Shown here: positions 37,334 through 46,607 of the stretch, piece after piece
Layout of the letters: every line of letters begins with the position of its first letter
Numbering within the stretch: position 1 is the stretch's first letter
Origin: an uncultured Clostridia bacterium
Lineage (GTDB): Bacteria > Bacillota > Clostridia > TANB77 > CAG-508
Direction: 5' to 3'
Assembly: GCA_949746675.1 (NCBI GenBank)
Contig: CATKDT010000043.1
Span: forward strand, 24,820 to 88,819
DNA: 64,000 nt
Notes under the pieces: generated by a model
The model's input: the letters and a program-made list of their open reading frames with translations, nothing else
Databases searched by the model: none
What the model was told of the DNA's origin: nothing
Program-made: the position numbers and the translations under genes

Positions 37334-37492
37334 AGATATCCACAAAAAGAAAACAAAAAGTGGATAAAGACACCAAAGAATATAAAAATTAAACAAATAA
37401 AATAAAAGAAACAAATAGTTTGAAAAAATTTTTTATTATAATTTGTATCATTGAACTTTAAAGGAAATAATAAAAGAAAGGAGATATATAAT

Positions 37493-38701
37493 ATGGAAAA
37501 TGTATTAGATATATTAGAAAATAGAGGATATGTTGAACAAGTAACTGATAAAGAAGAACTTAGAAAATTATTAAACAACAAAGGAGTTCCATTTTATATA
37601 GGAATAGACCCAACAGCAGACAGCTTACATGTAGGTCATTTTGTATCACTAATGGTAGCCTCATATATGCAAAAAGAAGGACATAAGCCAATACTATTAA
37701 TGGGTGGAGGAACTGCTACAATAGGAGACCCATCAGGAAAAACAGACATGAGAAAAATGCTAACAAGAGAAGAATTAGATCACAATGTAGAATGTATAAA
37801 AAAACAAGTAAGCAAATTTTTAAGCTTTGAAGGTGAAAATTCAGCAATAATAGTAAACAATGCAGATTGGTTATTAGACTTAAATTACATAAACTTTATG
37901 AAAGAAATAGGAACACAATTCACAGTAACAAGAATGTTATCAGCAGAATGCTACAAAAATAGACTAAATTCTGGATTAACATTTTTCGAAATGGGATACA
38001 TGTTAATGCAATCATATGACTTTTGGTTTTTATATAACAAATATGGATGCAAACTTCAAATGGGTGGGAATGACCAATGGTCTAATATAATAGGAGGAGT
38101 AGACTTAATTAGAAAATTCAACAAAAACGACTCATTTGGATTAACATTTAGACTTCTTACAACAAAAGAAGGAAAGAAAATGGGAAAAACAGAAAAAGGA
38201 GCACTATGGCTTGACGAGACAAAGACATCACCATATGAATTCTATCAATACTGGAGAAATATAGCAGATGCAGATGTAAAAACAGTAATGAGTATGTTGA
38301 CATTCCTAACAATGGAAGAAATAGAAAAATTGGCAGACGTTGAGGGAGAAGAAATTAACAAAGCAAAGAAAAGAGCAGCATTTGAAATAACAAAATTAGT
38401 ACATGGAGAAAAAGCAGCAAAAGAAGCAGAGGAAGCAGCAGAAAACTTATTTTCAGGAAAAGGCAATGCAGAAAATATGCCTACAGCAAAGATAGAGCCA
38501 AATGCAACGATATTAGACGCAATAATTGCAGCAGGATTTGCACAATCAAAAGGACAAGCAAAAACACTAATAGCACAAGGCGGAATAACACTAAACGATG
38601 AAAAAATAACAGACATAACATATACAATAAAAGAAGAAGAATTAAATCAAAATCCAATATTAAAAAAAGGAAAAAAGGGATTTTGTAAATTAATAAAATA
38701 G
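37493..38701 (+). CDS. tyrS: Tyrosine--tRNA ligase
   Basis: DPTADSLHVGH (HIGH), KMGKT (KMSKS) and a C-terminal S4-like domain. The ATG at 37493 follows AAGGAGA; the track ORF opens at 37451. Confidence 0.9.
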   Translation: MENVLDILENRGYVEQVTDKEELRKLLNNKGVPFYIGIDPTADSLHVGHFVSLMVASYMQKEGHKPILLMGGGTATIGDPSGKTDMRKMLTREELDHNVECIKKQVSKFLSFEGENSAIIVNNADWLLDLNYINFMKEIGTQFTVTRMLSAECYKNRLNSGLTFFEMGYMLMQSYDFWFLYNKYGCKLQMGGNDQWSNIIGGVDLIRKFNKNDSFGLTFRLLTTKEGKKMGKTEKGALWLDETKTSPYEFYQYWRNIADADVKTVMSMLTFLTMEEIEKLADVEGEEINKAKKRAAFEITKLVHGEKAAKEAEEAAENLFSGKGNAENMPTAKIEPNATILDAIIAAGFAQSKGQAKTLIAQGGITLNDEKITDITYTIKEEELNQNPILKKGKKGFCKLIK

Positions 38702-38711
38702 ACATAAAAAG

Positions 38712-38750
38712 AAGAGAAAACGAAAACACATAATTCGAATTCTCTTTTTT
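38712..38750. terminator. Bidirectional terminator between tyrS and the L,D-transpeptidase gene
   Basis: AAGAGAA (38712-38718) pairs with TTCTCTT (38740-38746), with an inner CGAA/TTCG pairing, then TTTT. Confidence 0.55.
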
Positions 38751-38765
38751 ATTATATGATTGTAA

Positions 38766-39768
38766 CTAATCTATATTATTTATAATATTATCAGTACTAT
38801 TAGAAGACACATTATTATCATCAATAATATTATCAACAGTATTAGTACTTGGAGGTAGTGGAGTTAATGTTGGGGTAGGCGTTGATGTAGGTACTGGTGT
38901 ATCAGTAGGTGTAGGTGTTAACAAAGGTGTAGGAGTAGGAGTAGATGTAGGAACCTTATAATTTTTCCATGGATTATTTGAATGAGGATCAGTAGGATCC
39001 CAATTTCTAAGATAATCCTCATAAGAAGAGATTTTCTTTGCAGAAGGTTTACCAAGAGGACCAACATCAGAGCTACTAAAAAACTCAACTAGAGTACCAT
39101 TTCTACAATTATCAAAAATCCATTTTGCATCTTCGACTGTCAAACGTACACAACCCGCCGATGCGTAAGTCCCAAGCTTATCATATTCCCAATACTCCAA
39201 GCTATCGAGTTCACCTTTTCTCAAATAAGGAACAGAATGAAACAATATATTTCCTACAATTTGAGTACTATAATGTCCCCAAACATTACCTTGAAGATGA
39301 AGCCACTCCCATCTTGCAGGAATCTTATACACTCCAGAAGTTGGAGTAGCAACACCAGTTGAACACACCATAGCCTTAAACGGAATAGAATAATCACCAT
39401 TATTATCTTTTGTATAAATAGTAACAACTTGAGCGCCATAATTTACTTTTATATAATATGGAGGAGTATTATTTTTATCAGCTATTTTATTATTAGAAGT
39501 AATATTCTCATTAACTTTATTATTCTCAATAATATCATTTTGTGGCAAATCCTCAATATTAATAGTATCACCGAACAGAATTTATAATATCATTATCAAT
39601 TAGATCATTATATTCAAAACTTTCAGGAAAGCTTTCTATTGGATCTATTGCAATTTGTTGCTTTTTACTATAAAGCATATAAAAAATTCCTATGATACAA
39701 AGTAAAACCAAGAATATTGCAACAAAAATTCTTGTGTTTTTTTTCTTTTCAGAATGATTAGAAATCAT
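38766..39768 (-). pseudogene. L,D-transpeptidase (YkuD domain) with Thr/Pro-rich C-terminal linker; reading frame split from its N-terminal membrane anchor
   Basis: The catalytic part (38766-39548, TTG start in the track) has HSVP...SAGCVRL. A 66-aa ORF (39568-39768) encodes only a TM anchor (IFVAIFLVLLCIIGIFYML). The two frames overlap openly at 39570-39581, and a 1-nt change would fuse them. Confidence 0.6.
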
Positions 39769-39914
39769 ATAAAAATCTCCTTTTAATCTTATGTTTTAAA
39801 TAGTATAACACAACAATATATTTTTACCATAATAAATAAAAAAAATATACATGTCTTTTTTTATAAATAAGATAATATAATACTATAAAGGAAAAAACAA
39901 AAAAGGAGGGAACA

Positions 39915-40668
39915 ATGTTACAAACATCATTATTAGGACTATTCTTTGGAACCGTAGGCACAACAATAGGAGGACTTATAGGAATAATATCAAAAAGAAA
40001 CTCAAACAAATTTATAAGTTTTATATTATCATTTGCATCAGGACTAATGTTATCAATAGTATGTTTCAACCTAATTCCAGAAGCAATGGAAACATCAAAC
40101 ATATACACAACAATACTAGGAATATCACTAGGAGTAGTAATTATGATACTATGCGACATAGTAGTAAAAAATATATTTAATCAAAAGACGAATGAATTAC
40201 AGCAAAATACAGTTCAACAAAAAAACAATAATAGTCTATTAAAAACAGGAATAATAATAACACTAGGAATAGCATTACACAATATACCAGAAGGTTTAGC
40301 AATAGGATCAGGCTTCGAAACATCTGCAAAACTAGGACTATCACTTGCAATAGCAATATGCATGCATGATGTTCCAGAACGGAATAGCAATGGCAATACC
40401 ACTAAAAAATGGAGGAATGAATAAAATAAAGATAATAATATACATAATATTATCAGGAATAGCAACAGGAATAGGAGCAACTATAGGAGCATTAATAGGA
40501 GAAATATCAACACAAATAATAGCAATTTCGTTAGCATTTGCAGGAGGAGCAATGCTATATGTAGTATCAGGAGAACTAATTCCAGAATACAACAAACTAT
40601 ATAGTGGAAGAACAAGTTCATTAGGAATAATATTAGGATTTTTATTAGGAATATTATTTAGAAGCTAA
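39915..40668 (+). pseudogene. zupT: ZIP family (ZupT-like) metal transporter interrupted by a 1-nt frameshift
   Basis: The first ORF ends ...AIAICMHDVPERNSNGN*. The second frame continues GIAMAIPLKNGG.... Deleting C40380 restores the conserved HDVPEGIAMA motif, which parallels the upstream HNIPEGLAIG. Confidence 0.75.
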
Positions 40669-40715
40669 AAATTAAAAACAGATAAAACTATAAAAAAGGA
40701 TTAAAGTTAAAAACT

Positions 40716-40757
40716 AAACGTGAAAGTGTACCTCACTTGAGGTACGCTTTCGTTTTA
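40716..40757. terminator. Long bidirectional hairpin terminator
   Basis: AAACGtgAAAGTGTACCTC (40716-40734) pairs with GAGGTACGCTTTCGTTT (40739-40755). T runs flank it on both strands. Confidence 0.6.
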
Positions 40758-40931
40758 GGATTTACACGCCCAAGCACACCTGATGCCAGTAGCCATTTCC
40801 CAAAAATTTTTCTTCATAAAAGCACGATAGGTGTCAGCCTCATCCAAAATCAGGTTGCCAACCTTTCCATAAGGTAAAAAAGAATACTTAGAAAACCTCT
40901 TACCACAAATTGGTACATAAGTCAAATTCAT
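40755..40931 (-). CDS. Possible 58-aa ORF in a compositionally atypical patch (unknown; may be a gene remnant)
   Basis: MNLTYVPICGKRFSKYSFLPYGKVGNLILDEADTYRAFMKKNFWEMATGIRCAWACKS*. The patch is locally GC-richer, and the purine-rich sense is on the minus strand. There is no clear SD. The ORF ends at the bidirectional hairpin. Confidence 0.3.
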   Translation of the reverse strand: MNLTYVPICGKRFSKYSFLPYGKVGNLILDEADTYRAFMKKNFWEMATGIRCAWACKS

Positions 40932-40981
40932 GGCTAGGTAACAACACTATAATCAAAATTTACAAAAAAATAATAATATCC

Positions 40982-41010
40982 TTGACTTTTAAATATATAA
41001 ATAGTACAAT
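40982..41010 (+). promoter_or_regulatory. Sigma-A type promoter for pcrA with a ~180-nt leader
   Basis: TTGACT (40982-40987), 17-nt spacer, TACAAT (41005-41010). Confidence 0.55.
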
Positions 41011-41075
41011 AACAAAGCAAACATAAGTTTAATAAAACTATAAAAAGTAACATAAATATAAGAACTTCTCTCCGT

Positions 41076-41190
41076 ATTTGTCAACGAAAATCATGGACGA
41101 CGATGAACGAACCACAAAAAAGAAATATCAGATGAGATTTCCAAAGAAAATCACGAATGATGATGAACGAAGCGAAGTGTAGCGAAAGGA
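41076..41190 (+). repeat. Leader repeat family, locus A (two tandem ~60-nt units ending in the pcrA Shine-Dalgarno)
   Basis: The cores TCATGGACGACGATGAACGAAC (41091-41112) and TCACGAATGATGATGAACGAAG (41151-41172) are exactly 60 nt apart. Related units occur at 47433-47559 and 56786-56854. Confidence 0.7.
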
Positions 41191-41199
41191 TAAAATAAA

Positions 41200-43494
41200 A
41201 TGCTAAATTTAATTGAAGAACTAAACCCAAAACAAAAAGAAGCCGTAGAACAAACAGAAGGACCATGTCTAGTAATAGCAGGGGCAGGCTCAGGAAAAAC
41301 AAAAGTATTAACCTACAAAATAGCATACTTAATGCAAGAAAAAGGAATAAAACCATGGAACATACTAGCAATAACATTTACAAACAAAGCAGCAAGTGAA
41401 ATGAGAGAAAGAGTAGAGAAGCTAGTAGGAAACGCAACACAAGACATGTGGCTAGGAACATTTCACTCAATATGTGTTAGGATACTTAGAAAACACATAG
41501 ACAGAATAGGATTTGAAAACTCATTCACAATATTTGACACATCAGATCAAAAAACACTAGTAAAAAACTGCTTAAAAGACCTAGAAATAGACACAAAACT
41601 ATTTACTGAAAAATCAATACTAACAGAAATAAGTAATGCCAAAAACGAAATGAAAACACCAGAAGAATACTTATTAAAAAATGAAGCAGACTATAGAAAA
41701 TCAATAATGGGAAAAGTCTATCAACTATATCAAAAAAGACTAAAAGAAAACAATGCAATAGACTTTGATGACATAATAAACTTCACAATCGAAATACTGA
41801 AAAACAATCAAGACATAAGAGAATACTATAGTGACAAATTTAAGTACATACTAGTAGACGAATATCAAGACACAAACAAATCACAATTCACACTAATATC
41901 ACTACTAGCAAAAACAAATGGAAACATTACGGCAGTAGGAGACAACGACCAATCAATATATAGTTTTAGAGGAGCAAACATAGAAAACATACTAAACTTT
42001 GAAAATGACTTCAAAGGAACAAAAATAATAAAACTAGAACAAAACTATAGATGCACATCAAATATACTAAGAACAGCAAACGCAGTAATAAAACACAATG
42101 AAGCGAAATACAAAAAAGAACTATGGACAGAAAACGAAGAAGGGGCAATTCCAGAGATATACTGTGGAGACGATGAATATCATGAAGGAAGCTACATAGT
42201 AGAAAAAATAAACCATTTAAAAAGAGAAGAATACTTTAAAAACTCAGACTTTGCAATACTCTATAGAATGAACACACAATCAAGAGCAATAGAAGACATC
42301 CTAAGAAGAGAAAACATACCATACAAAATTATAGGAGGGTTAAAATTCTACGAACGCAAGGAAATAAAAGATACAATAGCATATTTAAGATTAATTGAAA
42401 ACTCAGCAGACAATTTATCATTTTTACGAGTAATAAATGAACCAAAGCGAGGGATAGGAAAAACAAGCATAGAAAAAATACAAGCAATAGCACAAGAAAA
42501 CAACATATCAATGTATGAAACCATAAAGAATGCAGAAAAATACTTTCCAAAAATAGTAGGAAATGTACAACAATTTATAAGCACAATAGAAGAATTAAAA
42601 GCACAAGAAATATCAGTATCAGAGTTAATAAAAGAAGTATTAAACAAGACAGGATATATGCAAAGTCTAAAAGACGAAAAAACAATAGAAGCAGAAACAA
42701 GAATAGACAACATAGAAGAATTCCTTACGGTAGCAATAGAATTTGAAAAAGAATCAGCAGACAAATCACTAAACGAATTTTTAAATAGTATATCATTATC
42801 AAGTGACACAGACAACATAGAAGAACAAGACGATCAAGTAACATTAATGACATTACATAGTGCAAAAGGGCTAGAATATCCATGTGTATTTTTAGTAGGA
42901 CTAGAAGAAGGAATATTCCCAAGTCAAAGGTCAACAGAAACACCAAAAGAAATAGAAGAAGAAAGGCGACTATTCTATGTAGGGATAACAAGAGCAAAAC
43001 AATATCTGTACTTATCATTAGCAAAGAAAAGAACGATATTTGGATCGACAAGCTATAATCAACCATCACGCTTTTTAAAAGAAATACCAGAAGATGCACT
43101 AGATGGTTATGCAGAAGCAATAAACCAAAATAGGGAAAACAACAACTTTGAAGATAGTACATTCACATGGAGCTACGGTACCAGGGCAAACAGTAGCTTA
43201 AATGGAAGAATAAATACATATAAAGTAGAAAGCAATACACCAATAGTAAAAGAGCCAGTATTCAGAAGAACAGCAGAAAGCTTCTTAGCAAATCTAGATA
43301 CTAAGAAAACCTCTATAAATGCAAGAACAACACAATATAAAGTAGGACAGAAAATCTATCACAAAAAATTCGGAGAAGGAATAATAACAAAGTTAGAACC
43401 AGAAGGAGATGACTACAAAGTAGACATTGACTTTGAGAAATCAGGACACAAGAGACTAATGGCGCAATTTGCAGGACTAGAAATAATAGAATAA
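41200..43494 (+). CDS. pcrA: ATP-dependent DNA helicase PcrA (UvrD/Rep superfamily 1)
   Basis: 764 aa with LNPKQKEAV, AGAGSGKTKVLT, VDEYQDTN, YRCTSNIL and TLHSAKGLEY. Confidence 0.9.
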   Translation: MLNLIEELNPKQKEAVEQTEGPCLVIAGAGSGKTKVLTYKIAYLMQEKGIKPWNILAITFTNKAASEMRERVEKLVGNATQDMWLGTFHSICVRILRKHIDRIGFENSFTIFDTSDQKTLVKNCLKDLEIDTKLFTEKSILTEISNAKNEMKTPEEYLLKNEADYRKSIMGKVYQLYQKRLKENNAIDFDDIINFTIEILKNNQDIREYYSDKFKYILVDEYQDTNKSQFTLISLLAKTNGNITAVGDNDQSIYSFRGANIENILNFENDFKGTKIIKLEQNYRCTSNILRTANAVIKHNEAKYKKELWTENEEGAIPEIYCGDDEYHEGSYIVEKINHLKREEYFKNSDFAILYRMNTQSRAIEDILRRENIPYKIIGGLKFYERKEIKDTIAYLRLIENSADNLSFLRVINEPKRGIGKTSIEKIQAIAQENNISMYETIKNAEKYFPKIVGNVQQFISTIEELKAQEISVSELIKEVLNKTGYMQSLKDEKTIEAETRIDNIEEFLTVAIEFEKESADKSLNEFLNSISLSSDTDNIEEQDDQVTLMTLHSAKGLEYPCVFLVGLEEGIFPSQRSTETPKEIEEERRLFYVGITRAKQYLYLSLAKKRTIFGSTSYNQPSRFLKEIPEDALDGYAEAINQNRENNNFEDSTFTWSYGTRANSSLNGRINTYKVESNTPIVKEPVFRRTAESFLANLDTKKTSINARTTQYKVGQKIYHKKFGEGIITKLEPEGDDYKVDIDFEKSGHKRLMAQFAGLEIIE

Positions 43495-43530
43495 AACAAT
43501 AAAATAGAAAATAATAAATTAATAAAAATA

Positions 43531-43564
43531 AAAAGCTCGAAGTAGTTTATACTTCAAGCTTTTT
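43531..43564. terminator. Bidirectional terminator between pcrA and mecA
   Basis: AAAAGCTCGAAGTA (43531-43544) pairs with TACTTCAAGCTTTT (43550-43563) with one mismatch. Confidence 0.65.
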
Positions 43565-43598
43565 ATAGTATGACATAAAAATAGTTCCACTTTGTTTT

Positions 43599-44213
43599 CT
43601 AACAAAACTTCTGACCCGTAATCAAAGCGTTATTATCAAAAACAAGCTCTCCATGTTCCTTCAAAGTAAAATAAAGCAAATCCTTATTTGTAGCAAACTC
43701 CGAAAACTCAGTAATAAGCGAATAAAACAATCCAATTTGTTTATGCCTTTCATTAATACTACTTAAAACCAAAAAATAAGAATTAGAATAATCATACAAA
43801 TAGCAAAACTTCACAAATCTATTTAAATACAAAAATTTATTATTCTTTAAACACGAGCAAAAACTAAGAAAATCATCAAAACAATAAAACCTATAAATAA
43901 TAAAATTAGAACTAACTTGAGCATCTTTATGGACTCTTTTAGGAGTAACAACTTTCCTTTTACCATTAATCTCCATAAGTTTAGTAATCGTAATAACAAA
44001 ATTTCCATTATGTAAAGACTGAGCCTGAATTTTAACTTTATAATCAGTAGTATCAAAACCAACCATAGAACCAGCCTTATCTAAAATATGTAAGAAAGAA
44101 CTTTTAGCAAGCTCTGTATTAGACATAAGATCTGCAAGACTATTGCAATCAGGAAGTTCATCAAAAGATAAAACAATTCTCAAAATATTATCATTAATTT
44201 TTTCAAATTTCAT
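43599..44213 (-). CDS. mecA: Adaptor protein MecA (ClpC adaptor)
   Basis: MKFEKINDNILRIVLSFDEL... has the typical MecA N-terminus and size. The ATG at 44213 follows AAAGGA; the track ORF opens at 44246. Confidence 0.75.
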   Translation of the reverse strand: MKFEKINDNILRIVLSFDELPDCNSLADLMSNTELAKSSFLHILDKAGSMVGFDTTDYKVKIQAQSLHNGNFVITITKLMEINGKRKVVTPKRVHKDAQVSSNFIIYRFYCFDDFLSFCSCLKNNKFLYLNRFVKFCYLYDYSNSYFLVLSSINERHKQIGLFYSLITEFSEFATNKDLLYFTLKEHGELVFDNNALITGQKFC

Positions 44214-44284
44214 AAAAAGTAATTCCTTTCTATAATATAATATCATAGAAGTAAAAAAAAAGAAACAGTTTTTATAAAAATAAC

Positions 44285-44313
44285 TTGAAAAAAAATGGAA
44301 ATCAATATATAAT
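44285..44313 (+). promoter_or_regulatory. Sigma-A type promoter ahead of the DUF4321-radC-mreBCD block
   Basis: TTGAAA (44285-44290), 17-nt spacer, TATAAT (44308-44313). Confidence 0.55.
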
Positions 44314-44387
44314 ACACTAGAACTGAAATAACTTAAAACCGTAGAAAAGAAACAAGCTTTAAAAGCAAAGAGAGGAGAACAAGAGAA

Positions 44388-44648
44388 ATGGCAAGGGGAA
44401 CTGGAGAAAAAAATATAATAGTACTACTATTATTTGTACTTTGTGGAATAGTAGTAGGAGGGCTAATAGGAGAATTAACAAAAAATACAGGGTTAAGTTG
44501 GCTATCATATGGACAATCATTTGGATTAACAAATCCAGTAACACTTGACATAGGCATACTACAATTAACATTTGGAATAATGTTCAAAATAAACATATCA
44601 TCAATACTAGGACTTATTGTTGGAGTTTTCCTATACAGAAAATTCTAA
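44388..44648 (+). CDS. DUF4321-like small membrane protein
   Basis: 86 aa (LLLFVLCGIVVGGLIGEL...GLTNPVTLDIGILQLTFG). The size and position upstream of radC-mreB are typical of Clostridia. Confidence 0.7.
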   Translation: MARGTGEKNIIVLLLFVLCGIVVGGLIGELTKNTGLSWLSYGQSFGLTNPVTLDIGILQLTFGIMFKINISSILGLIVGVFLYRKF

Positions 44649-44737
44649 AGTTGAAACATAATTACAAATTTAACACAACTTACATATCCAAAATTTAAAT
44701 CCATTCCAACTAAAATCGGGGGCAGAAAGGAAATAAA

Positions 44738-45427
44738 ATGCCACTAAAAATAAAAGAATTACCCGAAGCGGAAAGACCCTACGAAAAATTGAAAATGAAT
44801 GGAGAGGGAGCACTCACAAATGCCGAATTATTATCAATAATAATAAAAACAGGAACGAAAAACGAAAACTCTTTGCAAATAGCAAATAGAGTATTATTGC
44901 TAACAAACACACTAAAAGACATAATGGACTTAACACTAAATGACTTAATGAATATAAAAGGAATAGGAGAAATAAAAGCAATACAGATAAAAGCAATGTG
45001 TGAACTAACAAAAAGAATAGAACAATCAAGCACTAAAATAAAAAAACAAGTAAAATGTCCAGAAGACATAGCGACAAAGTTAATAAAAGAAATGAAATAT
45101 GAAAAACAAGAAATTATAAAAGTAATAATACTAAACACAAAACTAGAAATAATAAAAGAAGTAAATATAGCAAAAGGACAATCAATGAGAGCAAATACAT
45201 CCATAAAAGATATACTATCAGAAGCAGTAAAAGCACAAGCTCCAAACTTAATAATAGCACATAATCATCCAAGTGGAAACCCAGAACCAAGCAATATAGA
45301 CATAGAATTCACAAAAAAAATATCAGAAGCAAGCAAAATATTAGGAATAACACTTTTAGATCATCTAATAATTGGAAATAATAGTTATGTAAGTATATTA
45401 CAAAGAATGCAATCAAAAAGGTTATAG
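44738..45427 (+). CDS. radC: RadC-like JAB domain protein (UPF0758)
   Basis: 229 aa with an HhH region (LMNIKGIGEIKAIQI) and the JAMM motif IIAHNHPSGNPEPSNID. Confidence 0.85.
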   Translation: MPLKIKELPEAERPYEKLKMNGEGALTNAELLSIIIKTGTKNENSLQIANRVLLLTNTLKDIMDLTLNDLMNIKGIGEIKAIQIKAMCELTKRIEQSSTKIKKQVKCPEDIATKLIKEMKYEKQEIIKVIILNTKLEIIKEVNIAKGQSMRANTSIKDILSEAVKAQAPNLIIAHNHPSGNPEPSNIDIEFTKKISEASKILGITLLDHLIIGNNSYVSILQRMQSKRL

Positions 45428-45478
45428 GAAAACCTGAGAAAAACACAATAAAACCTAAATAAAAATAAGGAAAAAAAT

Positions 45479-46510
45479 ATGAAAATACTAAACTTTAGCA
45501 CAAAAGATATTGGAGTAGACTTAGGAACAGCCAATATCTTAATAACATTAAAAGGAAAAGGAATAGTATTAACTGAACCAGCAGTAGTAGCAATAGACTG
45601 TGTAACGTCAGAAATAGTAGCAACAGGATTTGAAGCAAAAGAAATGTTAGGACGTACACCAGAAAAAATAAGAGCAGTAAGACCAATGCAAGATGGAGCA
45701 ATAGCAGACTTAACAGCAACAAGTTTAATGTTAAAAAACATGGTAAAAAAAGTATTAAGAAAATACAATGTGGGAAAACCAAAAGCAGTAATAGGGGTAC
45801 CAACCTGTATAACAGAAGTAGAAGAAAAAGCAGTAATAGAAGCAATATTTCAATGTGGAGCAAAAGAAGTATACCTAGTAGATGAGCCAATGGCATCAGC
45901 AATAGGAGCAGGAATAAACGTATCCGAACCCAAAGGAAATATGATAGTTGACATAGGAGGAGGAACAACAGAAGTAGCAGTAATATCATTAGGAGGGATT
46001 GTAGCAAGTACGTCAATAAAAACAGCAGGAAATGCAATAGATGAAAGTATAATAGCATACCTAAAAAAATATGAAAAAATAGCAATAGGACAGGCCACAG
46101 CCGAAAAATTAAAAATAGAATTAGGAAGTGCAGAAAAGCCAGTAACAGACATAAAAAAGGAAGTACGTGGACGAGACATAGACACAGGACTTCCTAAAAA
46201 CGCAAAAATAACCTCTAAACAAATAGAAAGAGCAATGCAAAAACCAGTAAATGACATAATAGAAGCCATAACAAGTACACTAGCAAAAACAGAACCAGAA
46301 CTAGTATCGGACATAATGGAAAATGGAATTTATTTAGCAGGAGGAGGAGCACAAATAAAAAGTCTAGACAATTTAATAGCACAGAAAATAGGAATACAAA
46401 CTTATATAGCAGACTCTCCGTTAAAATGTGTAGCAATAGGAACAGGAAGAATACTAGAAAACACAGAAAAATACAGTAGAGTAATAGAATCAAGAAAAGC
46501 GGCAAAATAA
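45479..46510 (+). CDS. mreB: Rod shape-determining protein MreB
   Basis: 343 aa with DIGVDLGTANILI, EPMASAIGAG, VDIGGGTTEVAVISLGG and an actin-like ATPase fold. Confidence 0.95.
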   Translation: MKILNFSTKDIGVDLGTANILITLKGKGIVLTEPAVVAIDCVTSEIVATGFEAKEMLGRTPEKIRAVRPMQDGAIADLTATSLMLKNMVKKVLRKYNVGKPKAVIGVPTCITEVEEKAVIEAIFQCGAKEVYLVDEPMASAIGAGINVSEPKGNMIVDIGGGTTEVAVISLGGIVASTSIKTAGNAIDESIIAYLKKYEKIAIGQATAEKLKIELGSAEKPVTDIKKEVRGRDIDTGLPKNAKITSKQIERAMQKPVNDIIEAITSTLAKTEPELVSDIMENGIYLAGGGAQIKSLDNLIAQKIGIQTYIADSPLKCVAIGTGRILENTEKYSRVIESRKAAK

Positions 46511-46607
46511 TAGAAATAAGTAAAAAATTAATTAACAAATTATAATAAAAAAAAGCTAAAAATGCAATAAGTAAACTAAGTTAGTGAAAGGGACGGTAAC
46601 TGAATAA

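Noticed and set aside
37334-37492. A T-box riboswitch upstream of tyrS
   Set aside because: The spacer is only about 160 nt. It lacks the conserved T-box sequence (…GGTGGTACCGCG-like), a specifier-loop architecture and a terminator/antiterminator pair. Only a 7-bp hairpin (TATCCAC/GTGGATA) without a U tract is present.
45495-46085. Long minus-strand ORFs in the track (for example 45495-46085, 53625-54254, 55305-55904, 48584-49228, 5640-6164, 15498-16299)
   Set aside because: They lie entirely antisense to well-supported + strand genes. They encode monotonous Leu/Phe/Ile/Cys-rich strings, as expected from translating the complement of A-rich codons. They lack SD sequences.
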